A stretch of DNA of 64,000 nucleotides from Dehalococcoidia bacterium (GCA_965247995.1 OZ252041.1:811912-875911), one strand, 5' to 3'; counted from the first letter of the stretch, positions 36,076-46,668 are shown. Translations and numbers: made by a program. The notes: a model not told the origin generated them from the letters alone.

Positions 36076-37026
36076 TCAGAAGGGACGGTCTGGTTGGCGG
36101 GCGGTGATCTCTTCGCGGCAGAGCTCGTAGAAGGAGCAGTTGGGGCAGGCGGCGATGTCGTCCCGGAGCGGGAAGGAGTCGCGGTCGCGGGGTTCGTTCT
36201 TCTCGACGTCGCGGAGGTAGGTGCGCATAGCGGCCACGCTGCCGGCGATGGTACGTCCCGTCTGATCGATGTCCTCGGCGGAGAAGATGTGGACGGCGGC
36301 ATTGCCGCTGTTCAGCCACTCGACGCGCGCCCGCACGGTCTCGGCCCCGTAGCGTTCTTTAATAAAGAGCGCGTAGACGGCGACTTGGTCCCAATCCGGC
36401 TCTTCGTAGAGGCCGGTCTTCCAATCGGTCACGGTCCACGAGCCGTCGCCGAGCCGGTAGTGGAGGTCGGGTACCGCGAAGACCTTGGCTGTGGCGATCT
36501 CGAGGGGTTCCTGCAGTTGCTCAGGGCGGATTTCGACGGCGGGAGCGGCGAGCGCTTGGCGGTAGCTTTCGCTGACGCGGAGGTTGGTGAGGCAGCGGAC
36601 AACGTGGTCGCGGGCCTCGGTTATCTGCAGGGGTGAGAGGCCTTCGCCGTAGTAGGAGTCGTGGAACATCTTCCAGCGGTTGGGTTGGCGCTCCCAATTA
36701 CGTCGCTCCTTGGACTGCAGCCAGGCGTGGTTGAGGTCGCTGCGGACGCGGTCATGAAGCTCGTCGAAGGAGGGTTCGGGGAAGCCGTCCCTGACGCGCT
36801 GGATGGCGTGTCGTGCGGCGTCGTGGACCGCGCCGCCGATCTCGATCGGGAGTGTGGTGAGCTGTTTGAGGCGGTAGACGGTCCGGGTCGCGTCGTCGGC
36901 AGAGGCGAGCCAACCGTTGTGTGAGCTGTAGTACTGGTAGTAGTACTTGCGGGGGCACTCCTGGAAGGTGGAGCGCCGGGTGTGCGACCAGGAGAAGTCT
37001 GGAAAGGGGCGGATTTCGAAGGCCAT
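36076..37026 (-). CDS. PD-(D/E)XK nuclease, Cas4/AddB-like with an Fe-S staple
   Basis: SWS..FQECPRKY, IGGAVH, PD..TDWKTG, QVAVYA, CPNCSFYELC; start MAFEIRP. Confidence 0.85.
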   Translation of the reverse strand: MAFEIRPFPDFSWSHTRRSTFQECPRKYYYQYYSSHNGWLASADDATRTVYRLKQLTTLPIEIGGAVHDAARHAIQRVRDGFPEPSFDELHDRVRSDLNHAWLQSKERRNWERQPNRWKMFHDSYYGEGLSPLQITEARDHVVRCLTNLRVSESYRQALAAPAVEIRPEQLQEPLEIATAKVFAVPDLHYRLGDGSWTVTDWKTGLYEEPDWDQVAVYALFIKERYGAETVRARVEWLNSGNAAVHIFSAEDIDQTGRTIAGSVAAMRTYLRDVEKNEPRDRDSFPLRDDIAACPNCSFYELCREEITARQPDRPF

Positions 37027-37205
37027 TGGGGGTCGCGCGTTTCTCCAGAGGTTCGGGACGGGTCGAGGATACTCCAGAGAAGCCGGTTTGGAATGGCCGG
37101 GTGGCGTGTTTCGCATGGGGCGTCCTTGTCCGTGGAAGGAACGATTCATAGACTCACCGTGATGACTCCTACACCTGCCCCAACGCAACGTCGCACGGAA
37201 ACCGT

Positions 37206-39101
37206 TTGATCTTTCTACGCCGTCTGGTGGCGCTGCTCCTGATCCCGGCAGCGATGGGGCTGATTGCTGGGGCGACCGGTGTCGCGGTGGTGGACCGGAC
37301 GTTTCTCGAAGCGACGTTTTGGACGGGCCGCCTCGAAGCAATCGACGCATACGAGCGGACGTTGACGGAGATCCTGCCGGCGGCGGTGACGGAGATTTCT
37401 GAACCCGCTCCGGGCGGGGCGGAATTCGACTTCACGCGCGTTGAAGACGACATCGTTCGTGTCGCGCGGGAGGTGGTCCCGCCGAAGTGGGTTGAAGATG
37501 GAGTGGCGGGTGCGCTCGAGGGCTTGTTGCCGTACGCCTCCGGCGAGACGGACACCCTGGAGGTGGCGATTCCGATCCGTGACCGGATCGAGGCCGCCGC
37601 TGCGGCGCTGAAGCGCGAGGCGCAGAACCCGTCCGTTTACCTGCCGCTGTACGACGAGGGCGTCAGTTGGGGCGCCACGCGGATCGTGCAGAGCACCGCG
37701 GGCAGCGAGGTGGCGATCGACCTGACGGAGGACGAGGCGGCGTCGTTCTTGAGACGGATCGTCCCCGCAGAGTGGCTGCAGGCGAGCATCGGCGAAACGG
37801 TGGACGCCGCCCTACCATACCTGGTCAACGAAGTGGATGGATTCGCGGTAACGATTGACTTGGAGGAACGGATCGATTCGTTGGCTGAGGTCATGAAGGA
37901 GGTGTTCGCGAAGGCGGACACGGACCGCCTGATCGTCGATGAGATCGTGATGCCGGCGGTGGCGGAGAACCTGGATAACCGAGTCGCGGTGGTCGACGGC
38001 GTCGGGTTTACGTCGGTGGAGATCCTCGAAGCGGTCCGGGACACGTTGACTCCGGATTGGTTGGCCGAGATCCGCGGGTCGTCGATCGACCGTGTCGCCG
38101 ATTACACGACGGGCCGCGCGGACAGCCTGCAGGTAACCATCGAACTCGGGGACCGGACAGCCTGGGTCGTCGACGCATTGGCCCCACGGGTCGAAGAGGC
38201 TCTGGCGGCCGAATACGCCGCGCTGCCTGTGTGCGTCCTGGAGGAAGAGACGGGGATGGGTCAAGGTCTCCCGATGTGCCGCCAGCCGGGTGTCCGCTAC
38301 GAGGAGTTCATCTCGGGCCGCGAGCTCGATCCGGTCGCGGCGGTGGCTTCTGCATTGGGGCCGTTGGTCCCGGACGAATTGGTCATCGACGACGCCCGTT
38401 TTCGCGGAGTGATCGGACCGATAGCGAGTGAGTTGTTGGACGACGTCCGGGCTTGGTCGCAGGAGGGGTTCACGGTCTCGCACGAAACGTTGCTAGAGAA
38501 TTTCGACCTGGAGGACCGTGAGTGGTTCAACGATATTCGGGTCGCTGGCGCGTTGACGCTCGTTGATGAAAAGGACATCGAACGGTACGTGGTCGGTGAG
38601 GAGGCACCGACCGCGGACGGTGAACGCTCCCCGATTCGCATCGGTCCATGGGTCACTCGCTTGGACTGGATCGCGGCGGCGCTGGTGCTCGTGATCGGCG
38701 GACTTGCGGGCCGGAACTGGGGGAGCCGGCTGGTGTGGACGTGCGTCCCGCTGGTGATGGGCGCAGGGGTGGTGTGGGTCTTGGCGTCGCCGGTGTACGA
38801 CGCGATTGGCCCGAGTTTGTGGGAGAGTGCGCTGGACGAGGCACTGATTGGGAGCGAGTCGGCGGTTGCGCAACTGGGGACCGAGCTGTGGGTGGAGTTC
38901 CTGCGTGCCGTGACGAACGAATTCGCCGCCGGGCTGGCTGGCACGAGCATCACGCTGTTGACACTGGGTTGCGGGGGTCTGGTGGTCGGGACCATCTTGC
39001 ATGTGATCCTCAGAGGCCGGCGACGACCCGAAGCGGGACGACCGGGAAGGGGTCCGGTTGTGGCGTCGCGGCAACGCTCCGGGGGAACGCCGTTCGGCTA
39101 A
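37206..39101 (+). CDS. Large membrane protein with internally repeated extracytoplasmic domains
   Basis: N-terminal TM, three P..W..Y..G..D..(V/I) repeats, three C-terminal TMs. Confidence 0.72.
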   Translation: MIFLRRLVALLLIPAAMGLIAGATGVAVVDRTFLEATFWTGRLEAIDAYERTLTEILPAAVTEISEPAPGGAEFDFTRVEDDIVRVAREVVPPKWVEDGVAGALEGLLPYASGETDTLEVAIPIRDRIEAAAAALKREAQNPSVYLPLYDEGVSWGATRIVQSTAGSEVAIDLTEDEAASFLRRIVPAEWLQASIGETVDAALPYLVNEVDGFAVTIDLEERIDSLAEVMKEVFAKADTDRLIVDEIVMPAVAENLDNRVAVVDGVGFTSVEILEAVRDTLTPDWLAEIRGSSIDRVADYTTGRADSLQVTIELGDRTAWVVDALAPRVEEALAAEYAALPVCVLEEETGMGQGLPMCRQPGVRYEEFISGRELDPVAAVASALGPLVPDELVIDDARFRGVIGPIASELLDDVRAWSQEGFTVSHETLLENFDLEDREWFNDIRVAGALTLVDEKDIERYVVGEEAPTADGERSPIRIGPWVTRLDWIAAALVLVIGGLAGRNWGSRLVWTCVPLVMGAGVVWVLASPVYDAIGPSLWESALDEALIGSESAVAQLGTELWVEFLRAVTNEFAAGLAGTSITLLTLGCGGLVVGTILHVILRGRRRPEAGRPGRGPVVASRQRSGGTPFG

Positions 39102-39139
39102 CTTGCACGACGCGCCGCGTGGTGCATGCCATGGTTGGA

Positions 39140-39188
39140 TTGACGCAAGTCGCTCATTTGTGCTACTGATGGTGCGAACATCGGTTCG
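39140..39188 (+). promoter_or_regulatory. lexA promoter with SOS box
   Basis: TTGACG at 39140 and TACTGA at 39164; perfect CGAAC-ATCG-GTTCG at 39175-39188 (Gram-positive/Chloroflexota LexA consensus). Confidence 0.85.
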
Positions 39189-39245
39189 CTATTCAACGGC
39201 GGGCCTGAAGAACGGGCACGCGAGCGAAAGCTGAGGTGGCACACG

Positions 39246-39875
39246 ATGACCAGTCTGAGACCACGACAACGGGAAATCCTGAAGTTCATCGAGCAGTTCA
39301 TGGATGAGCGGGGGTACCCGCCGACGGTGCGGGATATCCAGCACGGGTGCGGGGTCTCGTCGACGAGTGTCGTGGACTACAACCTGCGGGCGCTGACGAG
39401 AGCGGGGTTGTTGAGGCGGTCTCGCGAGGTGTCGCGGGGGATCGAGCTTGTGGGCCGTCGGCAGCGGACGGCACGAGTCCCGCTGTTGGGGACGATCGCG
39501 GCGGGTCAGCCCTTGCCGGTCTTTCCGGCGGATCCGGCGGTGCTGGAGGAAGAGGACACAGTGGAAGTCGATGCCGATCTCGCACGCGACAGCGAGCGCC
39601 TCTTCGCGCTCCAGGTCAAGGGAGATTCGATGATCGACGCGCTGATCCGCGACGGCGACGTGGTGATTCTGCAGGCGCAGGAGTACGCCGAGAGCGGGGA
39701 GATGGTCGCCGCTTGGCTCGTCGATTCCGAGGAGACGACGTTGAAGCGTTTCTATCCGGACGGTCCGCGGGTGCGGCTCCAACCGGAGAATACGACGATG
39801 GGCCCGATCTACGCGGACGCGCGCAACGTCCAGATCAAGGGCCGGGTGGTCGGGGTGTTACGCCGGTACGCGTAG
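39246..39875 (+). CDS. lexA: SOS repressor LexA
   Basis: GYPPTVRDI, SRGI, cleavage site IAAG.P, GDSM (Ser), TLKR (Lys). Confidence 0.96.
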   Translation: MTSLRPRQREILKFIEQFMDERGYPPTVRDIQHGCGVSSTSVVDYNLRALTRAGLLRRSREVSRGIELVGRRQRTARVPLLGTIAAGQPLPVFPADPAVLEEEDTVEVDADLARDSERLFALQVKGDSMIDALIRDGDVVILQAQEYAESGEMVAAWLVDSEETTLKRFYPDGPRVRLQPENTTMGPIYADARNVQIKGRVVGVLRRYA

Positions 39876-40082
39876 CGTGTTTGCCGCTGCCGTGAGCTAG
39901 GCCAGCGCCGGGGACGCTTGGAGAAGGTCATATAGGGTCGCTCCCCTGGGGGTAGGAGGGATATCGACAGGGGTTGAGGGCGTCCGCGAATCCAGTGTCC
40001 GTCGGATGGGTTGGGATGTTCGGTTATTGTCGCGCGGCGCATGGGCCCGTACGATAGGGAGTAACGACTCCGGCCGGTACGA

Positions 40083-41396
40083 ATGGAGACCCGTCACATG
40101 AGCCCCGACTCCCTGTCGATTACGGACAATCGTACGGGCAAGCAGTATGAGATCCCGATCACCGATGGATCGGTGCCGGCGGCGAGTCTCCGACAGATAC
40201 GGACGTCCGACGACGATTTTGGGCTGCTGAGCTACGACCCATCGTTGACGAACACGGCGACGGTGCGGAGCGCGATCACGTTCATCGACGGCGACCGGGG
40301 AATCCTCGAGTATCGAGGGTATCCGATCGAGCAGTTGGCGGAACGTTCAAGCTACATGGAAGTTGCATACCTGTTGATCAACGGGGAGCTTCCGACCCCG
40401 GCGCAGTTCGAGTCGTGGGTGGAAGACGTCAAGTACCGGACGATGGTGCTGGAAGACCTGAAGAAATTCATGGACGGGTTCCGGCACGACGCCCACCCGA
40501 TGGGGATGCTGGTGAGCGCGGTGGGGGCGCTGTCGACCTACTACCCGGAGTCGAAGAAGATCTTCGACCCGGAGTCGCGGAATGCGCAGACGGTGAGGGC
40601 TATCGGGAAGGTCGGCACGCTGGCGTCGTTCTGCTACCGGCACATCCTGGGATTCCCGTACAACCTGCCGGACAACGAGCTTTCCTACACGGGAAACATC
40701 CTGAACATGCTGTTCAAGATGGCGGAACCGCGGTACCGGCCGGACCCGGTGATCGAGCGGGCTTTGGACGTGCTGTTCATCCTTCACGCGGACCACGAGC
40801 AGAACGCGAGCGCGAACGCGATGCGTGCGATCGCAAGCTCTCAGTCCGATCCGTACTCGTCGCTGGCGGGGGCGATCGGTTCGCTGTATGGCCCGCTACA
40901 CGGGGGCGCGAACGAGGCTGTGATCAAGATGCTGCAGGAGATCGGCACGGTGGGCGCGGTGCCGGCGTTCATCAACAAGGTGAAGTCAGGCGACGCGGGC
41001 CGGCTGATGGGGTTCGGGCACCGGGTGTACAAGAACTACGACCCGCGGGCACGGATCGTGAAGGATATGGCGGAACAGGTGTTCGAGGTGACGGGGCGGA
41101 ACCCGCTGCTGGACATCGCGCTGGAGCTGGAGCGGATCGCGCTCGAGGACCCGTACTTCATGGACCGCAAGCTGTACCCGAATGTGGACTTCTACAGCGG
41201 GCTCATTTATCAGGCGATGGGATTCCCGATCGAGATGTTCCCAGTGTTGTTCGCGATTCCGCGGACGAGCGGGTGGATGGCGCAGTGGAACGAGGCGGTC
41301 CAGGACACCGAGCAGCGGATCGTCCGGCCGCGGCAGCTCTACGGCGGGCACCCGCGGCGTGACTACACGGGCAACACGGGCGGCGGCGGGCGCTGA
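40083..41396 (+). CDS. gltA: Citrate synthase
   Basis: ILHADHEQNAS, GPLHGGANE, LMGFGHRVYKNYDPRA, YPNVDFYSG. Confidence 0.96.
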   Translation: METRHMSPDSLSITDNRTGKQYEIPITDGSVPAASLRQIRTSDDDFGLLSYDPSLTNTATVRSAITFIDGDRGILEYRGYPIEQLAERSSYMEVAYLLINGELPTPAQFESWVEDVKYRTMVLEDLKKFMDGFRHDAHPMGMLVSAVGALSTYYPESKKIFDPESRNAQTVRAIGKVGTLASFCYRHILGFPYNLPDNELSYTGNILNMLFKMAEPRYRPDPVIERALDVLFILHADHEQNASANAMRAIASSQSDPYSSLAGAIGSLYGPLHGGANEAVIKMLQEIGTVGAVPAFINKVKSGDAGRLMGFGHRVYKNYDPRARIVKDMAEQVFEVTGRNPLLDIALELERIALEDPYFMDRKLYPNVDFYSGLIYQAMGFPIEMFPVLFAIPRTSGWMAQWNEAVQDTEQRIVRPRQLYGGHPRRDYTGNTGGGGR

Positions 41397-41421
41397 CAGG
41401 GACGGCCCGCCAGTGGGCCGA

Positions 41422-42123
41422 TCAGGCGTCCGGTATTTGGTCGTCGCCCCGTTGGAGGACGTAGTGGGCTAGGCCAGCTGCGGCGCTGCCACCGAGGATG
41501 GGTCCGATCCAGTAGACGATGTGATCGCTGTTGAAGTAGCCACCGACGAGAGCCGGGCCGAAGGCGCGCGCCGGGTTCATAGCAGCGCCGGTCAGCGGGC
41601 CTCCGATCAAGATGTCGATGGTGATGGTCATCCCGATAGCGAGGGGAGCGATGGCCGGGCCTTTCGCGTGGACTGCCGCCTGGAAGATGACGAACACGAG
41701 CAGGAACGTGAGAACGGCCTCGATTGCGATGCCCGTGACGGGGTCGACGCCGTCGCCCAGGAGGGGTGTACCGAGCGAAGCCGCATCACGGGCGGCCTCG
41801 TTGGTGAGGAGGAACAAGGCTAGCGCGCCGATGGTTGCGCCAAGTAGCTGGGAGACGATGTAGACGGCTGCTCGGTCGATGGTAATTCGGCGGGCGACGA
41901 GGAAGCCGATGGTGACGGCGGGGTTGATGTGGCCGCCGGTGATGTGGCCGGTGGCGGCGACGCCGACGAAGATGGCGAGGCCGTGGGCGAGGGCGATGCC
42001 GATCAGGGGCATGTCGACGCCGGGCATGCTGGCGGCGATGATCGAGCCCGCGCCGACGAACACCAGGGTGAAGGTGGCGACGGCTTCCAGGATTCCGTGC
42101 TTGGCGAGCACTGGGATTGTCAT
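41422..42123 (-). CDS. MIP family aquaporin
   Basis: Two NPA motifs (GGHINPAVT, AMNPARAFGP); start MTIPV. Confidence 0.92.
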   Translation of the reverse strand: MTIPVLAKHGILEAVATFTLVFVGAGSIIAASMPGVDMPLIGIALAHGLAIFVGVAATGHITGGHINPAVTIGFLVARRITIDRAAVYIVSQLLGATIGALALFLLTNEAARDAASLGTPLLGDGVDPVTGIAIEAVLTFLLVFVIFQAAVHAKGPAIAPLAIGMTITIDILIGGPLTGAAMNPARAFGPALVGGYFNSDHIVYWIGPILGGSAAAGLAHYVLQRGDDQIPDA

Positions 42124-42278
42124 TGGATCGCGTCCTCCCCGTTGCGGTGGACTTGTTTGGTCCTGCTCATGCTCCGCGCTAAGAGCCGGGTGCATGGTAC
42201 TACTCGGGGCTGCGTGGGCTAGCGGCGCATACTGTGTTGGGGGCATACATTGTGCCGACCTCCGCAACGAGGTACGCG

Positions 42279-42806
42279 ATGAACGCGGACCATTTCCGGC
42301 TTCTGTTCGATTACAACCGTGGGGCGAATCACGCAATCCTGGACGGCGCTGCTCAAGTGCCCGAGCGGGAGTATTTGGCCACTGTTGACGGCATCAGTTT
42401 CGGCAGCCTCCACGCAACCCTGGTCCATGTTCTTGTGGCGGAGCTTGTTTGGCTGGCGCGCTGGGAAGGCAGGACCCCACCAGAAGCGTTGAGCGACGCC
42501 AGAAAGTCGGGGTTGATCGCAGAAGTCGAGATCCCAACATTCGAGTCGCTTGCGGAGTTGTGGCGTGAGGAGGAGGCGAAGCAGCTCCGCTTCTTCTCGG
42601 GCATAACGGACGAGACGATTGTGATGTCCGTCGTCTACAAGAATCTGGCCAATCAGCCTGACGAGCAGCCGTTGAGCGAATTGATCGCTCATTTCGTGAA
42701 CCACGGGACACAGTTTCGCGCCGAGGCGGCCGTACGCTTGACTCAACTAGGGCTGTCGGTCGGCGACCTCGACCTGATCATCTTCCTCAGACAACGTGGC
42801 GGATGA
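42279..42806 (+). CDS. DinB/YfiT family protein
   Basis: LFDYNRGAN, GSLHATLVH, HFVNHGTQFRAE. Confidence 0.85.
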   Translation: MNADHFRLLFDYNRGANHAILDGAAQVPEREYLATVDGISFGSLHATLVHVLVAELVWLARWEGRTPPEALSDARKSGLIAEVEIPTFESLAELWREEEAKQLRFFSGITDETIVMSVVYKNLANQPDEQPLSELIAHFVNHGTQFRAEAAVRLTQLGLSVGDLDLIIFLRQRGG

Positions 42807-42869
42807 CGGGACGGCAGTGACCATCACAGCGCCCCGCCCAAGAGACGTCGTGTGTAGTTGAGAAGCGGC

Positions 42870-43583
42870 CTAAGTGCGGCCCTCCGGCGCGTCTCGCGTA
42901 GTTTCGGGACCGGCGTCCCGGTCGACCCTTCCGGTGAAGAGCACGATTCCGAGAGCGAGGAGCCAGAGGAAGAAGGCGGGCCCGGTGACGCGGTGGATGA
43001 GGGTGGCAGCGTCGATCCAGATGAGCTGCATGGCGATGCCGGTGGCGATTGATGGGATGGCGATCCTGCGCAGGATGGGAGCGTGCAGCGTGCGCTGGCG
43101 GAGCCCGACGGCGACGACGCCCAGTCCGGCCATGGCGAACCCGATCTTGCCGGTGAGCGTTCGGACGGAAGCGAGTGTCTCCTGCATCGAGTCCGGGGTG
43201 ATGGGCGCGGTGAGGTCGATGACGGAGACCGCCAGCGCGACCGCGCACACGCCCGAGATGGCGGTGGCAGCACCGGAGCCAGCGAACAGGACCGGCGCAA
43301 GGAGCGCTCGCTGGCGTTGCCGGAGGGGCACGACCTTCGAGAGGTACCACGCGGCTGCGGCGAGGGCGAGGCCGGAGGCGAACCTGGCGGCGCCGGCGGC
43401 CTCGTAGAGGGGCGGGTTCTGGGCGATCGCTGCGAGCGATTCGGCGAGTGTCGGCTGGTCGGTGTCTGCTGCGACACGGGTGGCGACGGCGGCCGCGGTC
43501 GTGACCGCGGTGGCGATGAGGAATAGGCCGGCCATGCGGGCCGGGTCACGGGCAGGACCGAGTTGGGGTGTGGGTTGTGTCAT
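42870..43583 (-). CDS. Hypothetical membrane protein (DUF4386-like)
   Basis: ARMAGLFLI start pattern; about 6 TM segments. Confidence 0.65.
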   Translation of the reverse strand: MTQPTPQLGPARDPARMAGLFLIATAVTTAAAVATRVAADTDQPTLAESLAAIAQNPPLYEAAGAARFASGLALAAAAWYLSKVVPLRQRQRALLAPVLFAGSGAATAISGVCAVALAVSVIDLTAPITPDSMQETLASVRTLTGKIGFAMAGLGVVAVGLRQRTLHAPILRRIAIPSIATGIAMQLIWIDAATLIHRVTGPAFFLWLLALGIVLFTGRVDRDAGPETTRDAPEGRT

Positions 43584-43788
43584 GCGACGAGAATGTCGCA
43601 CGTTGCGAGCGGCGTCTAGTCGGTGGTTCGCGGGACCTTTGCTTTGAGCGGCGTGGGATCGGGGAGGCGGTCAGTCCGTGAGACTCGGGCTTCTTGCCCG
43701 GGGACCGCTGTTGGATTTGGACAGAGGGTTAACCGCAGCGGCTATTGGAGAGGTGGAGTCTTGGGGGAAGAGGACAACCCTCCAGGCG

Positions 43789-44211
43789 TTAGTCGTGGAT
43801 TAGGCGCTGCACGATCCAACTCGTTGATGAACTAACCGTGCCAGCGAGCGCGATCAATCCCGCTACGCCAAGCACGACGAACACACCGGCCCAGCCGACG
43901 AAGACCATGAGGACAATCGCTCCGATTGTGCTGGCGATGCCGGGCAGGGATGTTGCAACTGCACGACCATGCCGGTTCCTCGAAGCAGCATTCGCTGACC
44001 AGGAGAAAGAGGCTGCAACGGTAGCCCCGACGAGACCGATTACGACCAGTAGCGGGATGCGCTGCACATACGACTCTTCAATAGGAGATGTGAGCAGCGC
44101 AAACCACGAAAACCCGACCCAGGCAACAATGATCACCGTCAGCACACGCAACAATTTCGCGTTCATGGCAGCGGATGGGCTCAACGGTCTTGCGAGAACG
44201 GGGGGCTTCAT
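43789..44211 (-). CDS. Hypothetical membrane protein
   Basis: 4 TM segments; ATGA overlap with the lysS stop; AT-richer codons. Confidence 0.5.
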   Translation of the reverse strand: MKPPVLARPLSPSAAMNAKLLRVLTVIIVAWVGFSWFALLTSPIEESYVQRIPLLVVIGLVGATVAASFSWSANAASRNRHGRAVATSLPGIASTIGAIVLMVFVGWAGVFVVLGVAGLIALAGTVSSSTSWIVQRLIHD

Positions 44212-45710
44212 TCGAGGGAGCGGAGTTGGGGGAAGAGGACGACTTCGCGGATGTTGGTCTGGCCGGTGAGGAGCATGACGAGGCGGTCGATGCCGATGCC
44301 GAGGCCCCCAGTGGGCGGCATGCCGTGTTCGATGGCTATGAGGAAGTCTTCGTCGAGGCGGTCGAAATCGTCAGCGCCGAATTCGCGGCGGGACTGCTCT
44401 TGGGTCTCGAGGCGGGCGCGCTGTTCGATGGGGTCGTTGAGCTCGGTGAAGGAGTTGGCGATCTCTGTGCCGCGGACGAAGGCCTCGAAGCGTTCGACGA
44501 GGCGCGGTTCGCCGGGGACGGCCTTAGCGAGCGGGGTCATCTCGACGGGGTAGTCGGTGAGGAAGGTCGGCTGGTGGAGTTGGGGTTCGACGATGTCGGA
44601 GACGAGCTTGTCGGCGAGTTGAGGCCAGGACGTTCCTTCGGCTGGGGTGAGGCTGCGGTCGCGCATGGCCTGTCGGAGTCCGTCGGCGGTGCGGAAGCGG
44701 TCGTCGAGGAGGTCGATGCCGTCGGACCAACGGCGGACGGCGTCGATGAGCGATAGGCGGATCCACGGGGGGGTGAGGTCGATGTCCGGGCCGTCCGCGC
44801 CGCTCGGCACGATCATGGAGCCGGTCACCTGTTCGGCGACGCTGGAGACCATCTGCTCGACCATCTCCATGACGTCGTGGTAGTCGGCGTAGGCCTGGTA
44901 GCTCTCGAGGGTGGTGAACTCGGGGTTGTGTGAGGCGTCGATGCCCTCGTTGCGGAAGATGCGGCCGATCTCGTAGACGCGCTCGAAGCCGCCGACGACC
45001 AGACGTTTGAGGTGGAGCTCGGTGGCGATGCGGAGGAAGAGGCGGCGGCTGAGAGCGCGGTGTTCGGTCTCGAAGGGGCGTGCCATAGCGCCGGCGGCGA
45101 GTGGGAGGAGTATGGGCGTCTCGACCTCCAGGAACCCGCGTTGATCCATGAAAGAGCGGACGGCGGCGGTGATCTGGCTACGGTTGCGGAAGATGTCGCG
45201 GACCTCGGCGTTGGCGATGAGGTCGAGGTAGCGCTGCCGGTAGCGCTGTTCGACGTCGCGGAGGCCGTGCCATTTCTCCGGTGGGGGACGGACGGCCTTG
45301 GCGAGGACAGTGAACGTGGCGACCTGGACAGTGTCCTCTTCGGTGCGGGTGCGGTACAGCGGGCCTTCGACGCCGAGGAAGTCACCGAGGTCGAGTTCTT
45401 TGAGGAGGGCATAGCGTTGGTCGCCGAGCTCGTCGCGGCGGAGGCTGACCTGGACTTCGCCAGTGCCGTCGCGGAGGACGATGAAGGTGAGGCGGCCCAT
45501 TCCACGGACGGCGACGATCCTACCAGCGACGGCGACGTGTGTGCCTTCCGCCGCGGCAGGCCCAGCCGCCATGGTCTGGTGGATGTCGGCGGCGGTGTGG
45601 GTGCGGTCGAAGCGGGGCGGGTACGGGTCGATGCCCTGGGCGCGGAGGCGTTCGAGCTTGGCGGTCCGCTGCTGGACGAGCTCGCTCTCCGAGGACTCGG
45701 CGGAAGTCAT
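44208..45710 (-). CDS. lysS: Lysine--tRNA ligase (class II)
   Basis: RYRQRYLDLI, LRIATELHLKRL, FRNEG..HNPEFT, GMPPTGGLGIGIDRL; start MTSAE. Confidence 0.96.
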   Translation of the reverse strand: MTSAESSESELVQQRTAKLERLRAQGIDPYPPRFDRTHTAADIHQTMAAGPAAAEGTHVAVAGRIVAVRGMGRLTFIVLRDGTGEVQVSLRRDELGDQRYALLKELDLGDFLGVEGPLYRTRTEEDTVQVATFTVLAKAVRPPPEKWHGLRDVEQRYRQRYLDLIANAEVRDIFRNRSQITAAVRSFMDQRGFLEVETPILLPLAAGAMARPFETEHRALSRRLFLRIATELHLKRLVVGGFERVYEIGRIFRNEGIDASHNPEFTTLESYQAYADYHDVMEMVEQMVSSVAEQVTGSMIVPSGADGPDIDLTPPWIRLSLIDAVRRWSDGIDLLDDRFRTADGLRQAMRDRSLTPAEGTSWPQLADKLVSDIVEPQLHQPTFLTDYPVEMTPLAKAVPGEPRLVERFEAFVRGTEIANSFTELNDPIEQRARLETQEQSRREFGADDFDRLDEDFLIAIEHGMPPTGGLGIGIDRLVMLLTGQTNIREVVLFPQLRSLE

Positions 45711-45901
45711 GGGGTCAATGCTATACCGCGAGCGGGGTTGGTTGGGGATGGGCGCTTGGCTGAGTGGTCCGGTGCGGTCGACGATGTGTCGCTGACAAAG
45801 GACACGCGTGCAACAGGTGATCCACAACGAGGTCTTGAAGCGCTGGCTCGATATAGACTGCGAGACCTCCGGGCAAGTCCAAGAAGTGCGGGGGAATAGC
45901 G

Positions 45902-46636
45902 TTGGAAGAGATCCTCCCTATCGTAATCGTCGGGGGCGCTGCCCTTGCGGCCTCCACGCTGGCGGCGGTGGCTGGATTCGGGGGGGCTGCGATCATGCTC
46001 CCCGTCCTGGTGTGGGCCTTCGGGATACGTGACGCGGTGCCGATTCTCACCATCGCCCAGTTGATGGGCAACCTCTCCAGGGTGTGGTTCAACCGGACGG
46101 ATTTGTCCTTTCCGGTGGTCAAGTGGTTCGGGTTTGGCGCGGTCCCTGCCGCGGTGGTAGGCGGCGTCGTGTTTGCCACTGCTCCCGTCGGCGCTCTGGT
46201 CCGTCTGCTGGGAATATTTCTGCTGCTCATGGTCGCCTACCGGCATAGTCCGTGGGGCAGGGAATCCCGGATAGGCCTGCGAGGTTTCCTTCCGCTCGGC
46301 GCAACTTCCGGGGCTATCTCAGCCTTGGTTGGGGTGGTCGGGCCGTTCATGGCGCCCTTTTTCCTCGCCTACGGCCTGGTCCGAGGCGCGTATATAGGAA
46401 CCGAAGCGCTGGCTACGGTGCTGATGCACGTCACGAAGTTGGGCGTGTACGGCAGCTACACACTCATAGACCTGAACAGCGGACTGGTCGGGGTCGCGAT
46501 AGGCTCCGTGATGTTCGCGGGGTCATACCTGGGGAAACAGATCCTGAACCGTCTGCCGGAGGCACGATTCCCATTGATCATCGACGCGGTCCTGTTGGTT
46601 GCCGGATTGCTCTTCATCATTCGGGGCGAACGGTAG
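45902..46636 (+). CDS. Sulfite exporter TauE/SafE family protein
   Basis: AGFGGA..LP, GVVGP, YIGTEA; 8 TM pattern. Confidence 0.85.
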   Translation: MEEILPIVIVGGAALAASTLAAVAGFGGAAIMLPVLVWAFGIRDAVPILTIAQLMGNLSRVWFNRTDLSFPVVKWFGFGAVPAAVVGGVVFATAPVGALVRLLGIFLLLMVAYRHSPWGRESRIGLRGFLPLGATSGAISALVGVVGPFMAPFFLAYGLVRGAYIGTEALATVLMHVTKLGVYGSYTLIDLNSGLVGVAIGSVMFAGSYLGKQILNRLPEARFPLIIDAVLLVAGLLFIIRGER

Positions 46637-46668
46637 GGGGATGATCGCGGCATCGAGGTGACTCATGG

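Noticed and set aside
36076-37026. Cas4 as evidence of a CRISPR-Cas locus
   Set aside because: No cas1, cas2 or array is visible in the window.
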